Source: Vicinamibacterales bacterium
GTDB lineage: Bacteria; Acidobacteriota; Vicinamibacteria; Vicinamibacterales; CAVVIG01
Assembly (NCBI GenBank): GCA_035693505.1
Contig: DASSGK010000567.1
Location: 4,734-68,733 of the forward strand
Length of the DNA: 64,000 nt
Direction: 5' to 3'
Shown here piece by piece: positions 28,263 through 36,423 of this stretch. The position numbers and the translations under genes were made by a program. Below the pieces are notes generated by a model that was not told the origin of the DNA, did not search any database, and saw only the letters and a list, made by a program, of their open reading frames with translations. Within the stretch, counting starts at the first letter, position 1, and each line of letters begins with the position of its first letter.

Positions 28263-29713
28263 CGATGGCTTCGGCGGTGCTGCACCTGATGGCGGGCTGG
28301 GTCGCGACGCAGATGGACGGGTCGATCGTGGCCGGCGAGCGCGCGCGGGAGTTTACCGATGTTTCGATCGACAGCCGCACGGTGAAGGCGGGCGAGTTGT
28401 ACGTCGGCATCCGCGGCGAACGCTTCGACGGCGCTGAGTTCGCGTCGGCCGCGATCGAGGCCGGTGCCGCCGGCGTCGTCGTGCCGCGTGGATGGAGCGC
28501 GAACGCTTCAGCCGAGCGAGATGCCGTGACAGGTAGCGCGAAGGCTTTAGCCGAGCGGGGCGTCGTCGTGATCGAGGTCGACGATACGACCGCGGCGCTG
28601 CAGGCGCTGGCGCACGGAGTCCGGCGCGAGGCGGGCACGAAGGTCGTGGCGATCACCGGGAGCGCCGGCAAGACCACGACCAAGGAAGTGACGAGCGAGT
28701 TTCTCGAGACGCGGTACCGCGTGGTCCGCAACCGGGGGAATTTCAACAATCACATCGGCTTGCCGCTGTCGCTGATTGAACTGAGGCTGCGGCCGGAGGT
28801 CGCCGTCGTCGAGCTGGGAATGAATCACGCGGGCGAAATCAGCACGCTGGTGCGAGTTGCCGAGCCGGACGTCCGTGTGTGGACGAACGTCGGCGAAGCG
28901 CACCTGGGCTTCTTTGCGTCGATCGATGCCATCGCCGATGCCAAGGCGGAGATTCTCGAGAGAGCCGACGCTTCGACGCTGCTCGTCGCGAATGCCGACG
29001 ATCCCAGGATCAGCGCGCGGATCGGTGCGTTTCCCGGCCGCGTCGTCACGTTCGGAATCGACTCCGACGCCGACGTGCGTGCCCGCGACGTCGTGGACCG
29101 CGGCATCGAGGGGACCAGCGCGCGGGTGAGCGCGCGGAGCGGAGTCGTGGAGATCTCCACGCCGCTCGTCGGAAAAGCCAATCTCGCGAACATCCTCGCG
29201 GCCACGGCCGTCGCCGAGGAGTTCGGTGTTCCACTGGCGGAGATCTCGGCGAAGGCAGCCGGCCTTCGGCCGGCCGCGCACCGCGGCGAAATCGTCCGCC
29301 TTGCCAGCGGCGTGACCGTCGTCGACGACAGCTACAACGCGAACCCGACGGCGACCAGGAAGGCCCTCGAGGTGCTGGCATCGGGACGAGCATCACGCCG
29401 GATCGCGGTCATCGGCGAGATGCTCGAGCTCGGAGACGGCTCGGCGGAACTCCATGCCGGCGTTGGACGAGCGGCGGCGAAAGCCGGCGTGAACCTGCTC
29501 TTCGCGGTCGGGGGCGCTCCAGCGAAGGCGCTGGCTGATGCCGCCGTTCAATCAGGCATGACGGCAGCGAGCGTGCAGTACTTTGCGACGAGCGACGACG
29601 CTGCGCTCGCCGTCGTGGCGTCGGTGAAGGCCGGCGATCTCGTGCTGGTGAAGGGATCGCGTGGCGTGAAGACGGATCGTGTCGTCGAGCGCCTGAAGGC
29701 GGAGCGTGGCTGA
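28259..29713 (+). CDS. murF: UDP-N-acetylmuramoyl-tripeptide--D-alanyl-D-alanine ligase
   Basis: ITGSAGKTTTKE P-loop and MurF order in the dcw cluster. The N-terminal domain carries a repeat-derived insert of about 20 codons. Confidence 0.95.
   Translation: MTMASAVLHLMAGWVATQMDGSIVAGERAREFTDVSIDSRTVKAGELYVGIRGERFDGAEFASAAIEAGAAGVVVPRGWSANASAERDAVTGSAKALAERGVVVIEVDDTTAALQALAHGVRREAGTKVVAITGSAGKTTTKEVTSEFLETRYRVVRNRGNFNNHIGLPLSLIELRLRPEVAVVELGMNHAGEISTLVRVAEPDVRVWTNVGEAHLGFFASIDAIADAKAEILERADASTLLVANADDPRISARIGAFPGRVVTFGIDSDADVRARDVVDRGIEGTSARVSARSGVVEISTPLVGKANLANILAATAVAEEFGVPLAEISAKAAGLRPAAHRGEIVRLASGVTVVDDSYNANPTATRKALEVLASGRASRRIAVIGEMLELGDGSAELHAGVGRAAAKAGVNLLFAVGGAPAKALADAAVQSGMTAASVQYFATSDDAALAVVASVKAGDLVLVKGSRGVKTDRVVERLKAERG
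28497..28557. repeat. Repeat element inside murF (a degenerate copy plus an exact 25-mer copy)
   Basis: 28533-28557 is GTAGCGCGAAGGCTTTAGCCGAGCG, identical to 4307-4331. 28497-28518 is GCGCGAACGCTTCAGCCGAGCG, a degenerate direct copy. Translated in frame as SANASAERDAVTGSAKALAERG. Confidence 0.9.
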
Positions 29714-30801
29714 TGCTGTATCACCTGCTCTACCCGTTCCACACTCAGCTGTCGGTGCTGAACGTGACGCGCTACATCACGTTCCGCACGGCCGCGTCGA
29801 CGTTGTCCGCACTCGCCATCAGTCTCGTGTTCGGACCCTGGCTGATCCGGAAGCTGCGCGAGTTCCAGATCGGGCAGGTCATCCGCACCGAAGGTCCGCA
29901 GTCTCATCGTCCGAAAGCCGGAACGCCGACGATGGGAGGTCTGCTGATCCTGACGGCGGCGCTCGTTCCGACACTGTTATGGGCCGACCTGACGAACGCG
30001 TACGTCTGGATCGCGGTGCTGACGACGGCGGGATACGGCGGCATCGGGTTTGCCGACGACTATTTGAAGATCGTGCGCCGCTCTCACCATGGCCTGCTGC
30101 CGCGCTACAAGATGGGCTGTCAACTCGCCATCGGCATCGCCGTTGGGATCGCGTTGATCATCCTGCAGCGCGAGGGCCTGTACAACACGCGCCTGGTTTT
30201 TCCATTTTTCAAGCGCCTGATTCCCGATCTCGGCTACGGCTACCTCGCGTTCGCGGTGTTCGTGCTTGTCGCGGAGTCGAACGCGGTGAACCTCACCGAT
30301 GGCCTGGACGGACTCGCGATCAGCGTGTTCGCGATTGCCGCGAGCGCGTACACGGCGCTCGCGTACGTCACCGGTCACCGCGTGTTCGCCGAGTATCTGC
30401 TGCTCGTTCGCTTTCCGCAGGCCGCCGAGCTGACGGTGTTCTGCGGATCGCTGGTCGGCGCCTCGCTGGGTTTCCTTTGGTACAACTCGTACCCGGCAGA
30501 AATATTCATGGGCGACGTCGGATCGCTGGCCCTTGGCGCCGCGCTCGGCATCGTCGCCATCCTGATCAAGCAGGAACTGCTGCTGTTGATTGTCGGCGGT
30601 GTCTTCCTGCTCGAAGCCGCGTCGGTTGTTCTCCAGGTCGGCTACTTCAAGGCGACTGGAGGTCAACGCATCTTTCGCATGGCGCCGCTGCACCACCATT
30701 TCGAACTGATCGGTTGGAGCGAGCCGAAGGTGATCACGCGCTTCGTGATCGTCGGAATCATCTTCGCGCTGTTCAGCCTTGCGACGTTGAAGCTTCGCTA
30801 G
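29713..30801 (+). CDS. mraY: phospho-N-acetylmuramoyl-pentapeptide transferase
   Basis: Polytopic membrane protein with NAVNLTDGLDGLA and MGDVGSLALG motifs. Confidence 0.95.
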   Translation: MLYHLLYPFHTQLSVLNVTRYITFRTAASTLSALAISLVFGPWLIRKLREFQIGQVIRTEGPQSHRPKAGTPTMGGLLILTAALVPTLLWADLTNAYVWIAVLTTAGYGGIGFADDYLKIVRRSHHGLLPRYKMGCQLAIGIAVGIALIILQREGLYNTRLVFPFFKRLIPDLGYGYLAFAVFVLVAESNAVNLTDGLDGLAISVFAIAASAYTALAYVTGHRVFAEYLLLVRFPQAAELTVFCGSLVGASLGFLWYNSYPAEIFMGDVGSLALGAALGIVAILIKQELLLLIVGGVFLLEAASVVLQVGYFKATGGQRIFRMAPLHHHFELIGWSEPKVITRFVIVGIIFALFSLATLKLR

Positions 30802-30871
30802 GGGCTGGGGACTTAGGGGCTAGGGACTAGGGATTTAGGGGCTAGGGCTAAGGGCTGGGGGCTAGGGCTAG
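30799..30871 (+). repeat. G-rich heptamer array (about 10 units of GGGNCTA) filling the mraY-murD spacer
   Basis: TAGGGGCTGGGGACTTAGGGGCTAGGGACTAGGGATTTAGGGGCTAGGGCTAAGGGCTGGGGGCTAGGGCTAG. It has ten G3-5 tracts and six CTAG tetramers, and starts on the mraY TAG stop. No inverted partner is present. Confidence 0.9.
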
Positions 30872-30875
30872 AAAC

Positions 30876-32237
30876 GTGGGATTCGACGTGACCAACAAAC
30901 GCGTGACCGTTGTCGGCGCAGCGAGGAGCGGCCTTGCCGCCGCCGAGTTGCTGGCGCGCCGTGGTGCGCGCGTCACGCTGTCGGATGCGCGGGCTGATGT
31001 GCCTGAAGCCGACTATCTGCGCGGACTGGGCATCGCGCTGGAGCTTGGCGGACATGTGCCGGACACGTTCACCTCGGCGGACCTCGTCGTCCTCAGCCCC
31101 GGCGTGCCGCCGGAGCAGGACGTCGTGCAGGCGGCGCGCGATCGCGGCGTTCCGGTGATCGCGGAGATCGAGCTCGCGTCGCGATGGCTCCAGGGCCGCC
31201 TCATCGCGATCACCGGCACCAAGGGGAAGTCGACGACGACGGCGCTGACTGGCCGGATTCTGGAGGCGGCGGGATTCAAAGTGACCGTGGGCGGCAACAT
31301 CGGATCACCACTGAGCGCGCAGGTGTCGGAGTCGACGCCCGAGACGTTCCATGTCGTCGAGACGAGCAGCTTTCAGCTCGAGCAGATCGACACCTTCCAT
31401 CCGTGGATCGCGGTGATGCTCAATTTCTCGCCGGATCACCTCGATCGTCATCCAGACGTCGCGGCGTACGGAGCCGCGAAGGCGCGGGTCTTCGAGAATC
31501 AGGCCGTCGGCGATTTCGCTGTGATCAATGCCGACGATCCCGCGGTCCTGGCGCTCGCGAAGAAGGGAAGGGCGGCGGCGCGGAGATTCTCGGCCAGCGG
31601 ACAAATCGACTTCGGCACGGTCGTGGACGAGGGATGGATTGTCGATCGGCAGCCGGCGCGGTCGCAGCGGCTCGTGCCACTCGACGCGATTCATCTGCTC
31701 GGTCCGCACCTGGTCAACGACGTCATGGCCGCGGCTACCGTCGGCGCGATCGCCGGTGCCGCGCCGGAAGCGATGACATCAGCCGTCGACGCGTTCCACG
31801 GTCTCGAGCACGCGATGGAGCTCGTTGCCGACGTGGACGGCGTGCGGTTCGTCAACGACTCGAAGGCGACCAACGTCGAATCGGCGCTCCGCTCGATTGA
31901 GAGCTTCGATCGGGATCTGGTGCCGATCATGGGTGGACGGTTCAAAGGCGGCGATCTCCGGCTGCTGCGCGATCCGCTGAAGGCGCGCGGGAAGGCGGTC
32001 GTGGCGATCGGAGAAGCGAGAGCGCTCCTGCGCGATGCGTTGAGCGATGTCGTACCGGTCGAAGAGGCCGACAGCTTCCCGGCGGCCATCGATCGCGCGT
32101 ACGAGCTTGCGAAGCCGTCGGGCGTGGTGCTGCTCGCCCCTGCATGCGCGAGCTTCGACATGTTCCGTGACTACGCGGAGAGGGGGCGGCGCTTCAAAGA
32201 AGAAGTGAAGCGACTCTCGAGGAGGGCTGAGAGCTAA
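30876..32237 (+). CDS. murD: UDP-N-acetylmuramoylalanine--D-glutamate ligase
   Basis: VVGAARSGLAAA Rossmann-like N-terminus, GTKGKSTTT P-loop, and dcw position. A GTG at 30888 is an alternative start. Confidence 0.95.
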   Translation: MGFDVTNKRVTVVGAARSGLAAAELLARRGARVTLSDARADVPEADYLRGLGIALELGGHVPDTFTSADLVVLSPGVPPEQDVVQAARDRGVPVIAEIELASRWLQGRLIAITGTKGKSTTTALTGRILEAAGFKVTVGGNIGSPLSAQVSESTPETFHVVETSSFQLEQIDTFHPWIAVMLNFSPDHLDRHPDVAAYGAAKARVFENQAVGDFAVINADDPAVLALAKKGRAAARRFSASGQIDFGTVVDEGWIVDRQPARSQRLVPLDAIHLLGPHLVNDVMAAATVGAIAGAAPEAMTSAVDAFHGLEHAMELVADVDGVRFVNDSKATNVESALRSIESFDRDLVPIMGGRFKGGDLRLLRDPLKARGKAVVAIGEARALLRDALSDVVPVEEADSFPAAIDRAYELAKPSGVVLLAPACASFDMFRDYAERGRRFKEEVKRLSRRAES

Positions 32238-32318
32238 GGGCTCAGGGCAGAGTCGAGGGCCACTGAGCGCTCTGCGCCAATGAGCCCTCAGCGCTAAGCC
32301 CTAAGCCCTGACAGGTTC
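32225..32318. repeat. GGCTNAG heptamer-based imperfect hairpin overlapping the murD stop
   Basis: Left arm GGCTGAGAGCTAAGGGCTCAGGGCAGAG and right arm CTCAGCGCTAAGCCCTAAGCCCTGACAG pair in a 7-nt register. The inner pair is GAGGGCCACTGAGCGC / GCGCCAATGAGCCCTC. Confidence 0.75.
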
Positions 32319-32328
32319 TATACGTCTT

Positions 32329-32449
32329 GAGCGGTGAACAGTCGTCAGTCGGTTCTCGCGGTGGAGGACTGACTGCTGGGAACCCAGGCTGCCCCGGTCT
32401 GGGAAGTTGGTGCCTCGGCCCGAGCCCGACTGATGACTGTTGACCGCTC
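32329..32449 (+). ncRNA. 121-nt stem-loop element in the murD-ftsW gap (candidate structured RNA or MITE; function unknown)
   Basis: The 24-nt arms GAGCGGTGAACAGTCGTCAGTCGG (32329-32352) and CCGACTGATGACTGTTGACCGCTC (32426-32449) are complementary at 22 of 24 positions. The 73-nt interior has further small hairpins (for example CTGGGAACCCAG). Confidence 0.35.
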
Positions 32450-32513
32450 ACGGCGATCGTATATCCGTTGCCGGGGATAGTTTCGGGACGACGAGCCAGG
32501 ATCTTTAGGAAGT

Positions 32514-33614
32514 ATGGCGAGAAAGCTGAAGTCGGACAAAGTGATGTTCATCGCGACCCTGCTGCTGGTCGCGTTGAGCGTGGTCATGGTCTACAGCGCC
32601 TCGGCGCCGATGGCCCTGGATCGCTTCGGCCGCGCGACCAGGTTTCTGACGACGCAGGCGATGTGGGCCGTGCTCGGCATCGCCATGCTCACGCTCGTGA
32701 TGCGCATCGACTATCGCCACTACCGCGAGCCGACGTTCATCTGGTGCGGCCTGGCGTTCGTTGCCTTCGCGCTCGTCTGCGTCTATTTCCGCGCGCCCGT
32801 GAACGGCGCGCGGCGGTGGTTCGGCGTCGGCGGCATTGGCGTGCAGCCATCCGAGCTCGCGAAGCTGGTCGTCATCTTCTTCATCGCCGCGCTGCTCGAA
32901 CGGCGGATGCACCGCATCGACGAGGTCACCTATTCGGTGCTGCCGATCGCGATCGTCGTGCTCGGCCTGGTTGCGTTGATTCTCCCCGAACCTGATTTCG
33001 GGACGTCGATGGCGATCCTCCTGATTGCGGCCGTCATGATTTTTGCCGCCGGGCTCAACTGGCGCTACCTCGTGGGGGTCACGCTCGCTGCGCTTCCAGT
33101 CCTCTACTTCGTGGTCATGGGCTCCGCCTATCGCCGGCGGAGGACGCTGGCGTTCCTCAACCCGTGGGACGACCCGCTTGGCGACGGTTTTCAGATCATC
33201 CAGTCGTTGATCGCGATCGGTACGGGCGGCGTGTGGGGCAAGGGGCTGATGAACGGCGTGCAGAAGCTGTTCTACCTCCCCGAACCGCACACGGACTTCA
33301 TCTACTCGGTCATCTCCGAGGAGCTCGGGCTCGTCGGCGCCACCGCCGTCGTGATCTGCTTCTGCGTCGTCACGTGGCGCGGCATGCGCGTCGCGATGCG
33401 TGCGCCCGACACCTTCGGGTCGTTTCTCGCGCTGGGCCTGACGACGATGGTCGCGGTGCAGGCGTTCGTGAACATCAGCGTGGTGCTCGGGTTGATGCCG
33501 ACGAAAGGCATTCCGCTGCCGTTCGTCAGCTCCGGCGGATCGTCACTGCTCATCAATCTGGTCGGCATGGGGATTCTGCTCAACGTCTCGCAGCACGCGT
33601 CGACAGAAGCATGA
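32514..33614 (+). CDS. ftsW: peptidoglycan glycosyltransferase FtsW (SEDS family)
   Basis: 10-TM SEDS protein with PEPHTDFIY and GIPLPFVSSGGSS motifs. AGGAAG RBS upstream. Confidence 0.95.
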   Translation: MARKLKSDKVMFIATLLLVALSVVMVYSASAPMALDRFGRATRFLTTQAMWAVLGIAMLTLVMRIDYRHYREPTFIWCGLAFVAFALVCVYFRAPVNGARRWFGVGGIGVQPSELAKLVVIFFIAALLERRMHRIDEVTYSVLPIAIVVLGLVALILPEPDFGTSMAILLIAAVMIFAAGLNWRYLVGVTLAALPVLYFVVMGSAYRRRRTLAFLNPWDDPLGDGFQIIQSLIAIGTGGVWGKGLMNGVQKLFYLPEPHTDFIYSVISEELGLVGATAVVICFCVVTWRGMRVAMRAPDTFGSFLALGLTTMVAVQAFVNISVVLGLMPTKGIPLPFVSSGGSSLLINLVGMGILLNVSQHASTEA

Positions 33615-33635
33615 AAGGGATCTGGGGCTGTTCTC

Positions 33636-34784
33636 GTGATGACCGATTCGGGCGCTTCCCGCGCGACGCAAAGTCCCACCGGCGACTTGCGTGTGGTGAT
33701 TGCCGGCGGCGGCACCGGCGGTCATCTCTATCCGGGGATCGCGGTGGCGCGCGAGCTGCTGGCAAGACGGCCTGCAGCGACGGTGACGTTTGCCGGGACG
33801 GCGCGTGGAATCGAGTCGCGCGTCGTGCCGCGCGAGGGGTTCGTGCTCGACGTGATCCGCAGCAGCGGCGTGAAGGGCAAATCCGTGTTCGATCGTGCGC
33901 GCGGTGCGGCCCTGGTGCCGATCAGCCTGATGGATGGCTGGCGGATCGTGTCGGCGCGGCGTCCGTCGCTCGTGATCGGCGTCGGCGGCTACAGCTCGGG
34001 ACCGGTCGTCATGGTCGCCGCGCTGCGCGGCGTGCCGACGATGCTGCTCGAGCAGAACGCGGTGCCCGGATTGACCAATCGATTGCTCATCCGGGTCGTG
34101 CAGGCGGCGGCGGTGACGTTCGACTCGACGCAGGCGTTGTTTGGAGAGAAAGCGTTCGTCAGCGGTAACCCGGTCCGGCCGGAGTTTTTCGCGACGTCCG
34201 GATCTCACAAGGAGTCGGCGCTCGATGACCAGACTTCCGTCACGCGGGTTTTAGTTTTTGGCGGCTCTCAGGGCGCGCACGCAATCAACGTGGCCATGGT
34301 GGAGGCAGCACCGCAGCTGGCGGCCGGCGGCTCGCATCTTCGTCTCGTTCACCAGACCGGCGAACGAGACGTGGAGATGGTGCGCGCCGCCTACCGGCAG
34401 GCGGGGCTTCAGGCCGACGTCGAGCCGTTCCTCTTCGACATGGGACGGCAGCTCGGAGAAGCGGACGTAGTCGTCTGTCGTGCCGGCGCGACGACGCTGG
34501 CCGAGATTACCGCGGCGGGAAAGGCTTCGGTGCTGATTCCGCTGCCGACGGCGACCGACGATCACCAGCGCAGGAATGCCGAAGCGCTGGTGGCCGCGGG
34601 CGCCGCGGATTTGCTGCTGCAGCGCGAGCTGACGGGCGCAGCGCTGGCGGCGCGCGTCCTCGCGCTGGCGGGCGATCGCGGCAAGCGAGAGCGCATGTCG
34701 GCGAACGCGCGCACGCTCGCAAGGCCCGACGCGGCGCGAGTGATCGTCGATCGAGCGTTGCAGCTCGCGGGGCAGGGATCGTGA
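33636..34784 (+). CDS. murG: undecaprenyldiphospho-muramoylpentapeptide beta-N-acetylglucosaminyltransferase
   Basis: GGGTGGHLYPGIAVA G-loop and a GT28 C-terminal domain (RAGATTLAEI). Confidence 0.95.
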   Translation: MMTDSGASRATQSPTGDLRVVIAGGGTGGHLYPGIAVARELLARRPAATVTFAGTARGIESRVVPREGFVLDVIRSSGVKGKSVFDRARGAALVPISLMDGWRIVSARRPSLVIGVGGYSSGPVVMVAALRGVPTMLLEQNAVPGLTNRLLIRVVQAAAVTFDSTQALFGEKAFVSGNPVRPEFFATSGSHKESALDDQTSVTRVLVFGGSQGAHAINVAMVEAAPQLAAGGSHLRLVHQTGERDVEMVRAAYRQAGLQADVEPFLFDMGRQLGEADVVVCRAGATTLAEITAAGKASVLIPLPTATDDHQRRNAEALVAAGAADLLLQRELTGAALAARVLALAGDRGKRERMSANARTLARPDAARVIVDRALQLAGQGS

Positions 34785-34786
34785 CG

Positions 34787-34932
34787 GGTGCTGGGTTCAG
34801 CGTGCCGAGTTCAGGGTTCGTTCGCAGTTCGGGGTTCGGGGTTCGGGATTCGAAAGAACGCTGCACCCTGCACTCGGAACCCGGAACCCTGGACGAATGC
34901 TGCACTTTGAACCCTGAACCAGGAACCCGACT
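34787..34932. repeat. GGGTTCR heptamer-based imperfect hairpin filling the murG-murC spacer
   Basis: The left arm is G/T-rich (…GAGTTCAGGGTTCGTTCGCAGTTCGGGGTTCGGGGTTCGGG). The right arm is the imperfect complement (…CTCGGAACCCGGAACCCTGG…TTTGAACCCTGAACCAGGAACCCG). Confidence 0.8.
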
Positions 34933-34941
34933 GGTGACAGC

Positions 34942-36423
34942 GTGCTAGGGAAAACTAGGCACGTTCATTTTGTCGGGATCGGCGGGATCGGGATGAGCGG
35001 CATCGCCGAGCTGCTCGCGAACCTTGGGTACGTCGTGAGCGGATCGGATGCGAAGGGATCCGCGGTCACCGATCGGCTGAAGACGCTCGGCATCCGGGTT
35101 GACGTCGGACACGACGCGGCAAATGTCGGCGATGCCGACGTCGTGGTCATCTCGTCGGCGGTGCGGCCGACGAACCCGGAAGTCATCGAAGCGGGGCGCC
35201 GGCAGGTACCCGTGATTCCCCGGGCCGAGATGCTCGCCGAGCTCATGCGGCTGCGCTTTTCGATTGCGGTGGCCGGGGCACACGGCAAAACGACGACGAC
35301 CTCGATGATCGCGCTGGTGCTGGAGCGGGCGGGGCTGGATCCGACAGCGGTGATTGGCGGACGTCTGAGAGCGTTCGGCAGCAACGCGCGGCTGGGGCAG
35401 GGCGAGTTCATGGTCGCCGAGGCGGACGAGAGCGACCGATCGTTTTTGAAACTGTTTCCGACGATTGCGGTGATTACGAACATCGACCACGAACACCTCG
35501 AGAACTACGGCGGCTTCGAGGACCTGCAGCAGGCCTTCGTCGACTTCGCCAACAAGACGCCGTTCTACGGCGGCGTGGTCGCGTGTCTGGACGACCGGAA
35601 CCTGGCGTCCGTGCTGCCGCGGATGACTCGTCGCGTCACGACATACGGTCTCGACTCGCCGACGGCCGACGTCCTCGGTACCGGCGTGACCCTGGCGCCG
35701 ATGAGCGTGTCGGCGACGGTCATGCGGCGGGATCGCGTGGCTCGTGGTTCCACCTATTCGACAGGCTCAGGGCAGGCAAGCTCACCGCGAGCGGAGTCCG
35801 CTGCTGCTGAGCGGCCCCTTGTGCCGCTTGGGACGCTGACTCTCGCGGTTCCGGGGCGTCACAACCTGCTGAACGCCCTCGCGGCGATCGCGGTCGGCCT
35901 GGAACTGGGCCTGTCGTTCGAACGGATCGCATCCGGGTTGAAGGATTTCCGCGGCGCCGAACGGCGCTTCGACGTTCGCGGTGAACCGCGCGGGATTCTC
36001 GTGGTCGACGATTACGGACATCACCCAACCGAGATCGCTGCGGTGCTCGCCGCCGCGCGAACGCTGGGCCGCCGCATCGTGGTCGCGTTCCAGCCGCACC
36101 GGTATTCGCGGACAGCGTCGCTGATGGACTCCTTCGGTCCAGCGCTCTCCGACGCCGATCACGTCGTCTTGACCGACATCTATTCCGCCGGCGAGGAACC
36201 GATCGCCGGCGTGACTCTCGACACGCTGGGCGCGGCGATCCGGAAGAGCGTCGCGGCTCCCGTCGATCTGGTGCCGCGCCTCGACGATGTCGTGGCCGCG
36301 ATTGTGCGCATCGTGAAACCGGGCGATCTCGTCATCACGCTCGGCGCCGGGTCGATCGGGAACGTGCCCGATCGGCTGATTGCGGCGCTGGAGAGCGGAG
36401 CCCCGGCAGGAGTCGAATCGTGA
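34942..36423 (+). CDS. murC: UDP-N-acetylmuramate--L-alanine ligase
   Basis: HFVGIGGIGMSGIAE, GAHGKTTTTSM P-loop, PGRHNLLNALAA. A low-complexity insert of about 25-30 codons (GSTYSTGSGQASSPRAESAAAERPLVP) precedes the PGRHN motif. Confidence 0.95.
   Translation: MLGKTRHVHFVGIGGIGMSGIAELLANLGYVVSGSDAKGSAVTDRLKTLGIRVDVGHDAANVGDADVVVISSAVRPTNPEVIEAGRRQVPVIPRAEMLAELMRLRFSIAVAGAHGKTTTTSMIALVLERAGLDPTAVIGGRLRAFGSNARLGQGEFMVAEADESDRSFLKLFPTIAVITNIDHEHLENYGGFEDLQQAFVDFANKTPFYGGVVACLDDRNLASVLPRMTRRVTTYGLDSPTADVLGTGVTLAPMSVSATVMRRDRVARGSTYSTGSGQASSPRAESAAAERPLVPLGTLTLAVPGRHNLLNALAAIAVGLELGLSFERIASGLKDFRGAERRFDVRGEPRGILVVDDYGHHPTEIAAVLAAARTLGRRIVVAFQPHRYSRTASLMDSFGPALSDADHVVLTDIYSAGEEPIAGVTLDTLGAAIRKSVAAPVDLVPRLDDVVAAIVRIVKPGDLVITLGAGSIGNVPDRLIAALESGAPAGVES
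35757..35830. repeat. GCTCAGGGCAGGC-type repeat element embedded in murC
   Basis: TTCGACAGGCTCAGGGCAGGC (35757-35777) shares TTCGAC-N3-GCTCAGGGCAGGC with the reverse complement of 44113-44134. A small central palindrome GCGGAGTCCGC lies at 35791-35801. Confidence 0.7.

Noticed and set aside
30799-30871. Heptamer arrays considered as possible CRISPR arrays
   Set aside because: The repeat period is 7 nt with no unique spacers, and there are no cas genes. The architecture is tandem microsatellite-like, not repeat-spacer.
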